DNA of 64,000 nucleotides, from positions 76,052-140,051 of the forward strand of contig DIIC01000017.1 of the NCBI GenBank assembly GCA_002420425.1, written 5' to 3'. Of this stretch, positions 21,632 through 31,207 are shown one piece after another; position 1 is the first letter of the stretch; each line of letters starts with the position of its first letter. The notes under the pieces were generated by a model that was not told the DNA's origin, made no database searches, and saw only the letters and a program-made list of their open reading frames with translations. Position numbers and translations under genes: made by a program. This DNA is from Proteobacteria bacterium UBA5680 (GTDB taxonomy: Bacteria > Pseudomonadota > Gammaproteobacteria > Arenicellales > UBA5680).

Positions 21632-24600
21632 ATGAGCACACCAAGAACAACCATTATCGATGGGAATGAAGCAGCTGTCTGGGTGGCATACCTGACTAAT
21701 GAGGTGATTGCGATCTACCCCATCACACCCTCTTCGACAATGGGAGAGCTTGCCGATCAGTGGTCATCCGAAGGTCGTACCAACCACTGGGGGAGTGTTC
21801 CCAATATTACTGAAATGCAGAGCGAGGGGGGTGCATCTGGAGTCATTCATGGCGCGCTCCAGGCCGGTTCTCTGGCCACCACATTCACGTCCTCCCAGGG
21901 TCTGCTGCTGATGATCCCCAATATGTACAAAATTGCGGGTGAATTAACCCCAACGGTTTTTCATGTTGCTGCGCGGACGGTTGCTACTCACGCACTCTCC
22001 ATATTCTGTGATCACAGTGATGTCATGGCTGCGCGGACAACGGGTTTTGGGATTCTGGCTTCTGGATCCGTTCAGGAGGTGATGGATATGGCCCTGATCT
22101 CACAGGCTGCCACACTGGAGGGACGGATTCCACTTATTCATATGTTTGATGGCTTTCGAACATCCCATGAACTCAATCGGATCGTTATGCTAGAGAGTGA
22201 AACGGTAGAAGCGATGATTCCGAGGTCGTTGGTCCAGGCACATCGTGATCGCAGCCTGTCACCTGAGCATCCGGTCATCAGAGGAACGTCCCAGAACCCC
22301 GATGTTTTTTTTCAGGCTCGTGAGCAGGTCAATAGCTATTACCAGAGAATGCCTGAAGTGGTTCAAAAGGCAATGAACCATTTTGCCCAGTTGACAGGGC
22401 GTAAATACCGGTTATTTGATTATATTGGGAATAGTGATGCAAATCGGATTGTTATTCTGATGGGATCTGGGGCTGAGACGGTAGATGTGACGATTGACCA
22501 GATGAATGCAGCAGGGGAGAAGGTCGGCGCAGTCAAGGTCAGGCTCTTCCGTCCATTTGATTCAAAAGCATTGTTTGATGTGCTACCCAGATCAGTTAAG
22601 CAGATTGCAGTTCTTGACAGGACAAAGGAGCCGGGCGCTGAAGGTGAGCCATTATATAAGGATATTGTAACCGCGCTTGCTCAAAACCAGTCTAATCATG
22701 AGTTCGATCAGCAAATTAATGTCGTAGGTGGGCGTTATGGTCTCTCTTCAAAAGAGTTTACTCCAGGAATGGTGAAATCGATTTTTGATGAGCTTGCAAA
22801 ACCCGAACCAAAAAATGATTTCACAGTCGGAATCTATGATGACGTAAGCCATAAGAGCCTTGATTACGACCGCAATTATCGAGTCTCTGTTGTCAAAGGG
22901 AGTATGTCAGCCGTTTTCTATGGTTTGGGCAGCGATGGGACGGTCAGTGCCAATAAAAATACGATCAAGATAATCGGTGAAGAGACCGATAATTACGTTC
23001 AGGGTTATTTTGAGTATGACTCAAAGAAAGCGGGAGCAGTAACGATCTCTCACCTTCGTTTTGGGCCAGACCCTATTCGATCAGCCCATCTTGTTGAAAC
23101 CGGTGAGGCCGCTCTCGTTGCCTGTCACCAACCCCAGTTCCTGTTGCGCTACGATATGTTGGCACAGGCAGCAGAGGGGGCAATATTCCTTCTTAATTCC
23201 CCTGCTCCAGCTGAAGAGGTATGGGAAAGCTTGCCCAGACTCTATCAACAGGCGATCCTCGATAAACAGATTGAGCTTTATTTGATAGATGCCTATGCGG
23301 TTGCTCGCAAGACAGGGATGGGGGCAAGGATCAACACCATCATGCAAGCCTGTTTTTTTGCGGTTACCGGTATTCTTGAGACCAATAAAGCGATAGAAGT
23401 GATAAAGGTTGCTGTTGAAAAGAGTTATGGCCGCAAGGGCCGTAAACTCGTCAAGCGAAACCATAAGGCAATTGATGAGTCACTTCATCAACTTCATAAA
23501 ATTGATATACCGGAGTCTGTCACCTCGACACAAGAGCAACCACCAGCCGTATCAAAAAATGCACCCCCTTTTGTACAAGAGGTCACTGGTGAGATCATTG
23601 CGGGCCGGGGGAATGAGATACCTGTGAGCCTGTTTCCTGCTGACGGCACTTTCCCGCTTGGGACGGCGGCTTATGAAAAGCGTAATCTGGCATTGGCAAT
23701 TCCGGTTTGGGATACCGACCTATGTACTCACTGTGGAAAGTGCCCACTCGTCTGCCCTCATACGGCAATTCGAAGCAAAATATTTAACCAAAGCCTCCTG
23801 GTTGATGCCCCACGCTCATTTAAGTCAGTAGCAGTCAAAGGCAAGGATTTCCCCCAGGGCACCATGATCAGTTATCAAGTCGCGCCGGAGGATTGCACTG
23901 GCTGTGGGTTATGCGTTGAGGTTTGCCCAATAAGAAGCAAAGAGGAGCCTGACAAAAAAGCACTGAATATGTTGACCCAGGCTCCCCTTCTTGAAGATGA
24001 AAAAGAGAGCTGGTCTTTTTTTACCACAATTCCAGAGTCTGATCGTAGCCTAATCAAGACCTCGACCATAAAAGGGGCAATGTTGTTAGAGCCTTTGTTC
24101 GAATTTTCCGGGGCCTGTGTGGGTTGTGGTGAAACACCCTATATTAAGCTGGCTACTCAACTCTTTGGTGATCGAATGATTATTGCCAATGCTACGGGGT
24201 GTTCCTCGATCTATGGCGGCAATCTGCCCACTACGCCGTGGACGACTAATGATCAGGGAAGGGGGCCGGCCTGGAGTAACTCTCTGTTTGAAGACAATGC
24301 AGAATTCGGCCTTGGTTTCAGGCTCTCAATTGACCACCATGCCCTTGTAGCCCGACAGAAGTTAAGCAGTTTTAAAGAGCCTTTGGGAGAGGAGTTCTGT
24401 GATGCCTTGATCAATGCAGACCAGGCCGATGAGTCAGGTATATGGGAGCAGCGACAGCGAGTTGATCTTCTCAAGCAAACACTGAAAAAAATAGGGACCC
24501 CGGAGTCTGGTGAACTGGCTGATCTTGCAGATTATCTGGTTCACCGTAGTGTCTGGATTATAGGTGGAGACGGTTGGGCCTATGATATTGGATTTGGTGG

Positions 24601-25201
24601 ATTGGACCATGTCATGGCATCAGGAAAGAATGTCAATATTCTGGTTCTTGATACTGAGGTCTACTCAAATACGGGAGGCCAGACTTCCAAAGCCACTCCC
24701 CGTGGAGCAGTGGCTAAATTTTCAGCCGGAGGAAAACCATCAGGGAAAAAAGATCTGGCGATGATGGCCATGAGTTATGAGAATGTCTATGTCGCACAAA
24801 TAGCCTCAGGCGCCAAGGATGTCCAGACAGTTCGTGCCTTTCTTGAGGCAGAATCTTATGCGGGGGTCTCACTGATTATCGCTTATTCACCTTGTATTGC
24901 TCACGGTGTTGATCTAAAAAATGCCTTGCGACAACAAGAGCTGGCGGTAAAAAGTGGTCATTGGCCTCTGTTCCGATTTGATCCAAGGCGCAGTGAGCGG
25001 GGTGAAAACCCGCTGACTCTTGATTCAAAGGAGCCCTCTATCGCTTATCGTGATTTTATAGATACTGAGGCCCGATTTAGTTTTCTCGGGCGGACACGCC
25101 CAGAAATTGCAGAAGAGCATCTAAATAAGAGTCAGTCACAGGTTATTGCACGTTACCGCCACTACCAACAACTCTCTGAACTACAAGTTGAGGAAGATTG
25201 A
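21632..25201 (+). CDS. nifJ: pyruvate:ferredoxin (flavodoxin) oxidoreductase, single-polypeptide type
   Basis: 1189 aa. N-terminal YPITPSS. Two ferredoxin motifs, CTHCGKCPLVCP and CTGCGLCVEVCP. CVGCGETPY. TPP motif GGDGWAYDIG...LDTEVYSNTGGQ. Confidence 0.93.
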   Translation: MSTPRTTIIDGNEAAVWVAYLTNEVIAIYPITPSSTMGELADQWSSEGRTNHWGSVPNITEMQSEGGASGVIHGALQAGSLATTFTSSQGLLLMIPNMYKIAGELTPTVFHVAARTVATHALSIFCDHSDVMAARTTGFGILASGSVQEVMDMALISQAATLEGRIPLIHMFDGFRTSHELNRIVMLESETVEAMIPRSLVQAHRDRSLSPEHPVIRGTSQNPDVFFQAREQVNSYYQRMPEVVQKAMNHFAQLTGRKYRLFDYIGNSDANRIVILMGSGAETVDVTIDQMNAAGEKVGAVKVRLFRPFDSKALFDVLPRSVKQIAVLDRTKEPGAEGEPLYKDIVTALAQNQSNHEFDQQINVVGGRYGLSSKEFTPGMVKSIFDELAKPEPKNDFTVGIYDDVSHKSLDYDRNYRVSVVKGSMSAVFYGLGSDGTVSANKNTIKIIGEETDNYVQGYFEYDSKKAGAVTISHLRFGPDPIRSAHLVETGEAALVACHQPQFLLRYDMLAQAAEGAIFLLNSPAPAEEVWESLPRLYQQAILDKQIELYLIDAYAVARKTGMGARINTIMQACFFAVTGILETNKAIEVIKVAVEKSYGRKGRKLVKRNHKAIDESLHQLHKIDIPESVTSTQEQPPAVSKNAPPFVQEVTGEIIAGRGNEIPVSLFPADGTFPLGTAAYEKRNLALAIPVWDTDLCTHCGKCPLVCPHTAIRSKIFNQSLLVDAPRSFKSVAVKGKDFPQGTMISYQVAPEDCTGCGLCVEVCPIRSKEEPDKKALNMLTQAPLLEDEKESWSFFTTIPESDRSLIKTSTIKGAMLLEPLFEFSGACVGCGETPYIKLATQLFGDRMIIANATGCSSIYGGNLPTTPWTTNDQGRGPAWSNSLFEDNAEFGLGFRLSIDHHALVARQKLSSFKEPLGEEFCDALINADQADESGIWEQRQRVDLLKQTLKKIGTPESGELADLADYLVHRSVWIIGGDGWAYDIGFGGLDHVMASGKNVNILVLDTEVYSNTGGQTSKATPRGAVAKFSAGGKPSGKKDLAMMAMSYENVYVAQIASGAKDVQTVRAFLEAESYAGVSLIIAYSPCIAHGVDLKNALRQQELAVKSGHWPLFRFDPRRSERGENPLTLDSKEPSIAYRDFIDTEARFSFLGRTRPEIAEEHLNKSQSQVIARYRHYQQLSELQVEED

Positions 25202-25203
25202 TT

Positions 25204-26196
25204 ATGGATATTTCAACTCAATATCTCGGTCTTGATCTCAAGAACCCACTGGTGCCCTCTGCCTCACCGATGATGAAGAGTCTTGATAGTGTCAGAAAGC
25301 TCGAAGATGCGGGGGCAGCTGCGATTATCATGCACTCTCTTTTTGAAGAGGAGATCAGCCATGAGCATGAAGAGGTGATGCTGCTTATGGAGCAACAGGA
25401 GTTGAGTCATGGTGAGGGTTCCCATTTTATTCCGACATATGAAGATTACGCCAATGGTCTGGATGCCTATCTTGAACAGATTCAGCGGTTAAAAAGCACA
25501 CTCGAGATACCGGTCATCGCCAGTTTGAATGGAATCAGTCTTGATGGCTGGATTGATAATGGCAGAAAGCTTGAAGAGGCGGGTGCTGATGCGCTTGAAC
25601 TCAATGTCTTCTTTATTGCGACGGATAGTAACCAAAGTGGTGCCGAAGTCGAAGATCGATATACCTCACTGCTGCGTGAACTGCGAGAGAACGTTTCGAT
25701 CCCTATCTGTATGAAGCTCTCCTCTCATTTCAGTTCTATCCCCCATCTGGTAAAACAACTGGAGATAAACGGAGCTGCCGGAGTCTCTCTCTTTAATTGT
25801 TTTTACCAGCCTGATATCAGTACCGATACTCTTCAGGTGATTCCTACGCCACCCTCATCTTCTGAGACTAATATGCTTCTCAGGATGCGCTGGATAGCCA
25901 TCCTCTACTCCCAGGTCGGGCTATCACTTGGCGTGACGGGGGGGGTTAAAAATGGCAATGACGCCCTTAAGTTTCTCCTCGCCGGTGCAGATGTTGTTCA
26001 GCTCTGCACCATTCTGTTTGAAAAAGGCCCGGAATATCTCGCCCAGATTCTTACAGAGCTGAAGGTCAAAATGGAACAACTCGGCTTTGATTCCATCAGT
26101 GAGTTAAAGGGCTCGATCAGCCATAATGCAGTAAAAGATCGTCAAGCATTTGAAAGGGCTCAGTATTTTCGCCATCTGACTGTTCGAGGCAGATAA
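25204..26196 (+). CDS. dihydroorotate dehydrogenase-like (class 1 DHOD / DHPD-like TIM barrel) protein
   Basis: MDISTQYLGLDLKNPLVPSASP..., later GADALELNV and GVSLFN. ATG at 25204 (the ORF is open from TTG 25198), 3 nt after the nifJ stop. Confidence 0.7.
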   Translation: MDISTQYLGLDLKNPLVPSASPMMKSLDSVRKLEDAGAAAIIMHSLFEEEISHEHEEVMLLMEQQELSHGEGSHFIPTYEDYANGLDAYLEQIQRLKSTLEIPVIASLNGISLDGWIDNGRKLEEAGADALELNVFFIATDSNQSGAEVEDRYTSLLRELRENVSIPICMKLSSHFSSIPHLVKQLEINGAAGVSLFNCFYQPDISTDTLQVIPTPPSSSETNMLLRMRWIAILYSQVGLSLGVTGGVKNGNDALKFLLAGADVVQLCTILFEKGPEYLAQILTELKVKMEQLGFDSISELKGSISHNAVKDRQAFERAQYFRHLTVRGR

Positions 26197-26325
26197 AAAA
26201 CCCTATCAATCAAAAAAAAACTTCCAGTATGCATTTAGTTGAGCTATAAACTATTTATCTTGTATGGTTATTATTTGGTTTGAACTAATGTAGTTGGAGA
26301 GTGGTCGGTTGGTTCGGAGATCGAA

Positions 26326-27393
26326 ATGACGCGTGTAATTGATTTTAAATCAGTGGGTAAGAGTGATATCCCGGAAGTGGGCGGAAAGTGTGCAAGTCTG
26401 GGTGAGCTACTGGATGCAGGGATACGGGTGCCGCATGGTTTTGCTGTAACCACCAGATGCTACAAAGAGTTTATCTCTGAGACAGGGATAGAAGAGGATA
26501 TCTTTCTCACTCTAAATGAGATCAACCCCGATGATATCGCCGAGTTGGATCGCCGGAGTGAAACAATCCGCGGGTTGATTAAAAAGAACCCAATGCCCAT
26601 CAAGATTCAAAAAGAGGTTGAAGAGGCATACGAAGGATTGGGCAAGGCGTACCACGACCTCAAACTCCCGGTCGCAGTTCGGTCAAGTGCAACCGCAGAA
26701 GATCTGCCCACCGCAAGCTTTGCAGGACAACAGGATACCTATCTTTGGACGATTGGGGTTGCCCAGGTCATTGCAAACATCAGGCGTTGCTGGGCAAGTC
26801 TTTATACTTCGCGGGCGATCAGTTACAGAATTAAAAATAACTTCAAACATCAGGATGTTTTTATCAGTGTCGGCATTCAGAAGATGGTGAGTTCAAAGAC
26901 CTCAGGTGTGATGTTTACGATTGATCCTACAAATGGTGATCCCTCAAAGGTGGTTATTGAAGGCAGTTGGGGGTTTGGTGAAACCGTTGTTGGAGGTTAT
27001 GTTAATCCGGATAAATTTGTAGTGGATAAAATAACCAAAGAGATTAACCAACGAAAGATCTCTCAAAAGCATATTGAGTGTGTCTATGATCAGGATAAGG
27101 GTTGCATCGTTCATAAAGATGTTGATGAGGATATGCAGGAAGAGCGCTGTCTGAATGATGACGAAATAAAGGAACTGGTCTCGATAGCAAGAACGATCGA
27201 ACGCCACTATGGCTGCCCTCAGGATATTGAGTGGACTATAGATAAGGAGGACTCATTCCCAGACAACATTTTTATCGTTCAGAGTCGGCCGGAAACTGTT
27301 TGGAGTCAGAAGCAGGGTAAGCCACTTCTTGGAGGAAAAAGCGGCTATGACATTATGATGGAAAGGGGGCTGAAGACGATAAAGATGACTTGA
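26326..27393 (+). CDS. PEP/pyruvate-binding (PPDK_N, ATP-grasp) domain protein, phenylphosphate synthase beta (PpsB)-like
   Basis: 355 aa (about 40 kDa). Reads VGGKCASLGELLDAGIRVPHGFAVT...VAVRSSATAEDLPTASFAGQQDTYL...QDIEWTI. It has only the nucleotide-binding part of a PEP synthase, with no mobile His domain. Confidence 0.75.
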   Translation: MTRVIDFKSVGKSDIPEVGGKCASLGELLDAGIRVPHGFAVTTRCYKEFISETGIEEDIFLTLNEINPDDIAELDRRSETIRGLIKKNPMPIKIQKEVEEAYEGLGKAYHDLKLPVAVRSSATAEDLPTASFAGQQDTYLWTIGVAQVIANIRRCWASLYTSRAISYRIKNNFKHQDVFISVGIQKMVSSKTSGVMFTIDPTNGDPSKVVIEGSWGFGETVVGGYVNPDKFVVDKITKEINQRKISQKHIECVYDQDKGCIVHKDVDEDMQEERCLNDDEIKELVSIARTIERHYGCPQDIEWTIDKEDSFPDNIFIVQSRPETVWSQKQGKPLLGGKSGYDIMMERGLKTIKMT

Positions 27394-27451
27394 ATTTCTG
27401 TTGTTTCAAAAATTGTAGTTTTTCTATTTTATTCTATGAGGAAATTGTTCG

Positions 27452-28852
27452 ATGAAAGATATGAGAGATTTTATTTCGCAAGGTGAGGAAGCTGGCCTGG
27501 TAAAACGGATTACAGCTGAAGTGGACCCCTATCTGGAACTATCTCACATTGCAAAACTGAATGAAGAAGAGCGTGGTCCTGCCCTGCTTTTTGAAAATAT
27601 CAAAGGTTATAGCTCACCGGTCATCACCAGTGTTTGTACAACTGAAGAACGTCTGGCTTTTATTATGGGTCAGCCACGGGAGTCATCGCTGTTTGATCTG
27701 TATGAGGAATGGGCAAAGCGCGGGGATGATTTGACTCCACCGAAATGGGTTGACTCTGCTCCCTGTAAGGAAAATATTCTGTTGGGAGATGATATCGATC
27801 TGTATAAATTCCCGATCCCTCACTACTACCCACTTGATGGAGGGCCGTATTATGGAACAGCTCACTTCATCATAACTAAAGACCCTGATTCTGGATGGGT
27901 CAATTTGGGAACCTATCGTAGTCAACTGCTTGAAAAAGATAAGATCGGGACTCAGTTCATTAAAGGCAAACATGCCGACATCATGCTGAAGAAATACCAG
28001 GCCCGTGGGGAAAAAATGCCAGTTGCCTCTATTTCAGGCTGTGATCCACTCCTCTTTATCCTCGGGGCATCGAGAGTCTCCGCATTTGTTTCAGAATATG
28101 ATGTTGCCGGGGCACTCCGAGGCCAACCTGTAGAGGTCATCAGAGGAGAAACTGTCGATCTGCCCATTCCGGCCACTGCTGAAATGGTTGTGGAGGGTTT
28201 TGTTGATCCTGAAGCCTTCTATGAAGAAGGGCCCTTCGGTGAATATACGGGATACTATTCAGGTGTTGGTACAGACCCAAGAAACTTTATTGAAGTTTCC
28301 TGCATGACCCACCGTGATAACCCTATACACCATGGCACAACAGTAGGTCGTGCTGTGACCGATACCCATATGACCATGGCGCTCTCTTATGGGGCCACTC
28401 TATGGCAACAGCTTAATACGATGAAAATCCCTGGCCTGAAATCATGCTACTGTCCTCCTGAAGGGTCGGGGCGTTTTTTGGCCATCATTTCAATAACACA
28501 GATGTATCCGGGCCATGTAGACCAGGTTTTAACCGCCGCAATTTCAACAGAGATGGGCGCATACGGATTAAAAACGGTCATTGTTGTGGACGAGGATATT
28601 GATCCCTGGGATATTCCTCGGGTGATGTATGCCCTTAGTTTCCGCTTCCAGCCGAACCGTTCTCAAGTCATTAAAAGAGGGCGTTCAACCCCACTCGATC
28701 CTTCCCTGCCCATTAGTGCACGGGAGATCACCGGGAGACTGTTGATGGATGCCACCATTCCATATGAATGGGAAAAGAAGCCTATACCGATTGAACTCGA
28801 TCCTGAGATCGTTGATCGGGTTAAATCACGCTGGTCAGAACTTGGCCTTTGA
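27452..28852 (+). CDS. UbiD-family prFMN-dependent (de)carboxylase
   Basis: 466 aa. UbiD-like start MKDMRDFISQGEEAGLVKRITAEVDPYLELSHIAKL...GPALLFENIKGY, with the later stretch GPFGEYTGYY. Confidence 0.85.
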   Translation: MKDMRDFISQGEEAGLVKRITAEVDPYLELSHIAKLNEEERGPALLFENIKGYSSPVITSVCTTEERLAFIMGQPRESSLFDLYEEWAKRGDDLTPPKWVDSAPCKENILLGDDIDLYKFPIPHYYPLDGGPYYGTAHFIITKDPDSGWVNLGTYRSQLLEKDKIGTQFIKGKHADIMLKKYQARGEKMPVASISGCDPLLFILGASRVSAFVSEYDVAGALRGQPVEVIRGETVDLPIPATAEMVVEGFVDPEAFYEEGPFGEYTGYYSGVGTDPRNFIEVSCMTHRDNPIHHGTTVGRAVTDTHMTMALSYGATLWQQLNTMKIPGLKSCYCPPEGSGRFLAIISITQMYPGHVDQVLTAAISTEMGAYGLKTVIVVDEDIDPWDIPRVMYALSFRFQPNRSQVIKRGRSTPLDPSLPISAREITGRLLMDATIPYEWEKKPIPIELDPEIVDRVKSRWSELGL

Positions 28853-28869
28853 CAAGTCGGGGTGCGTCA

Positions 28870-29667
28870 ATGGTGGATCGTGAGATAAAAGGGATTGTCT
28901 TCGATATAGACGGTTGTGTTGTTCGAGGGAAGAAAGTAATTCCAGGTGTGCCGGATACACTGACTGAATTACGAAGACGAAAGATCCGTTTTGCATTTCT
29001 CACTAATGACAACCAGAACACGCGTCACTTTCTCGCTGAGAAATTGTCGGCCATGGGAATCCCTGCCAACGAAGATGAGGTGTTGACCTCAGCGATTATT
29101 GCTGCTCGTGCAGCCCGGGAACTCCATCCAAACAGCAAGATACTTGCTTTTGGTGGAGCCGGTTTGATTGAGGCCTTGAATGATCAGAAGTTGGATCTGG
29201 TGGACCATGATCATGCGGAGGAAGCGGAAGTTGTTATAATGGGCAAAGATCCCAATTTTAGCCAACAACGCCTTGCTCTGGCTTGTCAGGCCATCTGGCG
29301 TGGCGCCGATTTTATCGCCACAAATTATGACCCAAAAATACCGGTAGAGAGTGGTTTCATTCCTGCATCAGGTCCCTTCATCAAGGCAGTAGCCTACGCT
29401 ACCGGCAAAGAACCTCTCGTTACTGGAAAACCCTCCGAGTGGTCTGGCGAGATGGCAATGAAGGTGCTTGATGTCTCTCCAGATCAGGGAATGGTTGTTG
29501 GTGATAGCTTGCAGCAGGATATTGCAATGGGAAAAGTGGCCGGTCTTTATACTGTCCTGGTGCTCACCGGAGGCAGTACACTCGAAGAGGCGCAGGATGC
29601 GCCTGATGAAATCAAGCCTGATCTCATACTTCCAGATGTAAATCATCTGCTTGAACATCTTGGCTGA
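28870..29667 (+). CDS. HAD-superfamily (subfamily IIA, NagD-like) phosphatase-like protein
   Basis: DxD motif VFDIDGCVV, then LTNDN, then a late GDSLQQDI. ATG at 28870. The ORF is open from TTG 28849, which overlaps the UbiD stop. Confidence 0.75.
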   Translation: MVDREIKGIVFDIDGCVVRGKKVIPGVPDTLTELRRRKIRFAFLTNDNQNTRHFLAEKLSAMGIPANEDEVLTSAIIAARAARELHPNSKILAFGGAGLIEALNDQKLDLVDHDHAEEAEVVIMGKDPNFSQQRLALACQAIWRGADFIATNYDPKIPVESGFIPASGPFIKAVAYATGKEPLVTGKPSEWSGEMAMKVLDVSPDQGMVVGDSLQQDIAMGKVAGLYTVLVLTGGSTLEEAQDAPDEIKPDLILPDVNHLLEHLG

Positions 29668-30112
29668 TTTTCCTGAAAAGCTCTACAACTATCTGGGGTC
29701 GGGAACTCCAGGGCTGGTCATTACAATTGGAGAAGATGAGTTACCCAATACGGCTTATACCTGGGTAGTGGCCAGCGATCGAAAAACTGCTCGTTTTGCT
29801 GTCGATCAACAGAGTAATACCCAGATCAATTTGGAGGGAAACGGCAGATGTGCAATCCAGATAATAGGCCCGGAGAATTTGCTTTACCTGTTAAAAGGAC
29901 AAGCCCATTTTATCTCTGATCCAATAGAGATGGCGTCCCTGAGCTTATTGATCGCTGAAATGAGTGAAATGCAAATAAAAGATCAATCCTGGAAGGGGGT
30001 CAGCGTGACACCATTGGCCTATCAATGGCCGGCAGGGCAGAGTAAGAGAATGGAAAAGATGGAAGATGCACTCTTTGATCAGATGAGAATTGAGTTGCAA
30101 CCGCATCAGTAG
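29651..30112 (+). CDS. small protein, probably a PNPOx-like FMN-binding split-barrel fold
   Basis: 153 aa. TTG start overlapping the HAD gene by 17 nt. The pattern LVITIGEDELPNTAYTWVVASDRKTARFAV...TQINLEGNGRCAIQII...YLLKGQAHF resembles the pyridoxamine 5'-phosphate oxidase family. Confidence 0.45.
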   Translation: MNILADFPEKLYNYLGSGTPGLVITIGEDELPNTAYTWVVASDRKTARFAVDQQSNTQINLEGNGRCAIQIIGPENLLYLLKGQAHFISDPIEMASLSLLIAEMSEMQIKDQSWKGVSVTPLAYQWPAGQSKRMEKMEDALFDQMRIELQPHQ

Positions 30113-30155
30113 ACAAAACTGAATCTAATTTACATATGAGATAGATGAGGTAGGA

Positions 30156-30740
30156 ATGAGAAAATTAGTTATCGGTGTTGCAGGGGCAAGTGGGGTGATT
30201 TATGCGATTCGTCTTCTTGAAGTATTGCGTGATGTTTCAGATATTGAAACACATCTGGTGCTCAGTAAGGCGGCACACAAGACAATTGCCTATGAAACGG
30301 ATTCAACTGCCAAGCAAATTATAGCTTTGGCAGATGTACATCACTCTATTGACAATATTGCTGCATCTATTTCATCTGGTTCCTTCAAGACAATGGGGAT
30401 GATCGTTGTGCCGTGTTCGATGAAGACTCTTTCCGGCATCGCATCGTCATTCAGTGAAAATCTGCTGTTACGAGCTGCAGATGTCACTCTCAAAGACAGA
30501 CGGCCTCTTGTTTTGCTTCCTCGCGAGACCCCGCTCCACCTTGGCCATCTTCGGCTGATGGTACAAGTCACAGAGATGGGAGCAATTGTACTGCCGCCGA
30601 TGCCTGCTTTTTATCATAAGCCAAAAACAGTTGATGATATTGTAAATCAGACCGTCAATAGAACACTTGATATCTTTGGCATTGAGCTTGAGCACGATCT
30701 CTTTGACCGTTGGTCAGGCCCCGCTAATCAACAGAGCTGA
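30156..30740 (+). CDS. ubiX: flavin prenyltransferase UbiX
   Basis: 194 aa. Reads MRKLVIGVAGASGVIYAIRLLEVL...VVPCSMKTLSGIA...RRPLVLLPRETPL. Confidence 0.9.
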   Translation: MRKLVIGVAGASGVIYAIRLLEVLRDVSDIETHLVLSKAAHKTIAYETDSTAKQIIALADVHHSIDNIAASISSGSFKTMGMIVVPCSMKTLSGIASSFSENLLLRAADVTLKDRRPLVLLPRETPLHLGHLRLMVQVTEMGAIVLPPMPAFYHKPKTVDDIVNQTVNRTLDIFGIELEHDLFDRWSGPANQQS

Positions 30741-30747
30741 TTAAATA

Positions 30748-31206
30748 ATGAGCCTCCGTGAGAGAGCATTGGATTACTTGCAAGCGCACAAGGTGCTTTC
30801 ACTGGCGACATTTGGAGATCAAGGGGTTTGGGCCTCACCCCTCTATTATGCCAGTGATGATTTCAGTTTGTATTTTCTCTCTTCGCCCACCACTCGTCAC
30901 TGCCAGAATATCGAATCTGATCCAAGAGTAGCGGCAACGATCTATGAGGATTATGATGACTGGAAAGAGATCAAAGGGATTCAAATAGAAGGAGAGGTCA
31001 AGACTATCACAGGCTCAAAACAATTAAGTGTAATCGCTCGCTATACCGCCAAATTCCCTTTTATTGCAATGCAAAAGCCAACACAGATCAAACAGGCAAT
31101 GGAAAATATCTGCTGGTACTCACTCACCCCGACTCGTCTTTTTTTTATTGATAATTCAATTCGATTGGGCCATCGAACAGAAGTTCATCTGGATAGCCAG
31201 GGGTAG
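30748..31206 (+). CDS. pyridoxamine 5'-phosphate oxidase family (FMN-binding split barrel) protein
   Basis: 152 aa. Reads ALDYLQAHKVLSLATFGDQGVWASPLYYASDDFSLYFLSSPTTRHCQNIESDPRVAATI...IKGIQIEGEV. Confidence 0.75.
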   Translation: MSLRERALDYLQAHKVLSLATFGDQGVWASPLYYASDDFSLYFLSSPTTRHCQNIESDPRVAATIYEDYDDWKEIKGIQIEGEVKTITGSKQLSVIARYTAKFPFIAMQKPTQIKQAMENICWYSLTPTRLFFIDNSIRLGHRTEVHLDSQG

Positions 31207-31207
31207 T

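Noticed and set aside
26252-26280. Partial resemblance (TATTTATC ... ATTATTT) to the rnfB/giant-gene upstream element, located upstream of the PpsB-like gene.
   Set aside because: It needs a gap, it lies in the opposite orientation relative to its gene, and the matches are short in AT-rich DNA. This is compatible with chance.
31064-31207. Upstream in-frame start for the CoA ligase (479-aa version).
   Set aside because: It would overlap the PNPOx-family gene by 143 nt. The extra residues are not PaaK-like. The ATG at 31208, 1 nt after the upstream stop, begins the conserved N-terminus MNFFDPQIEKL.
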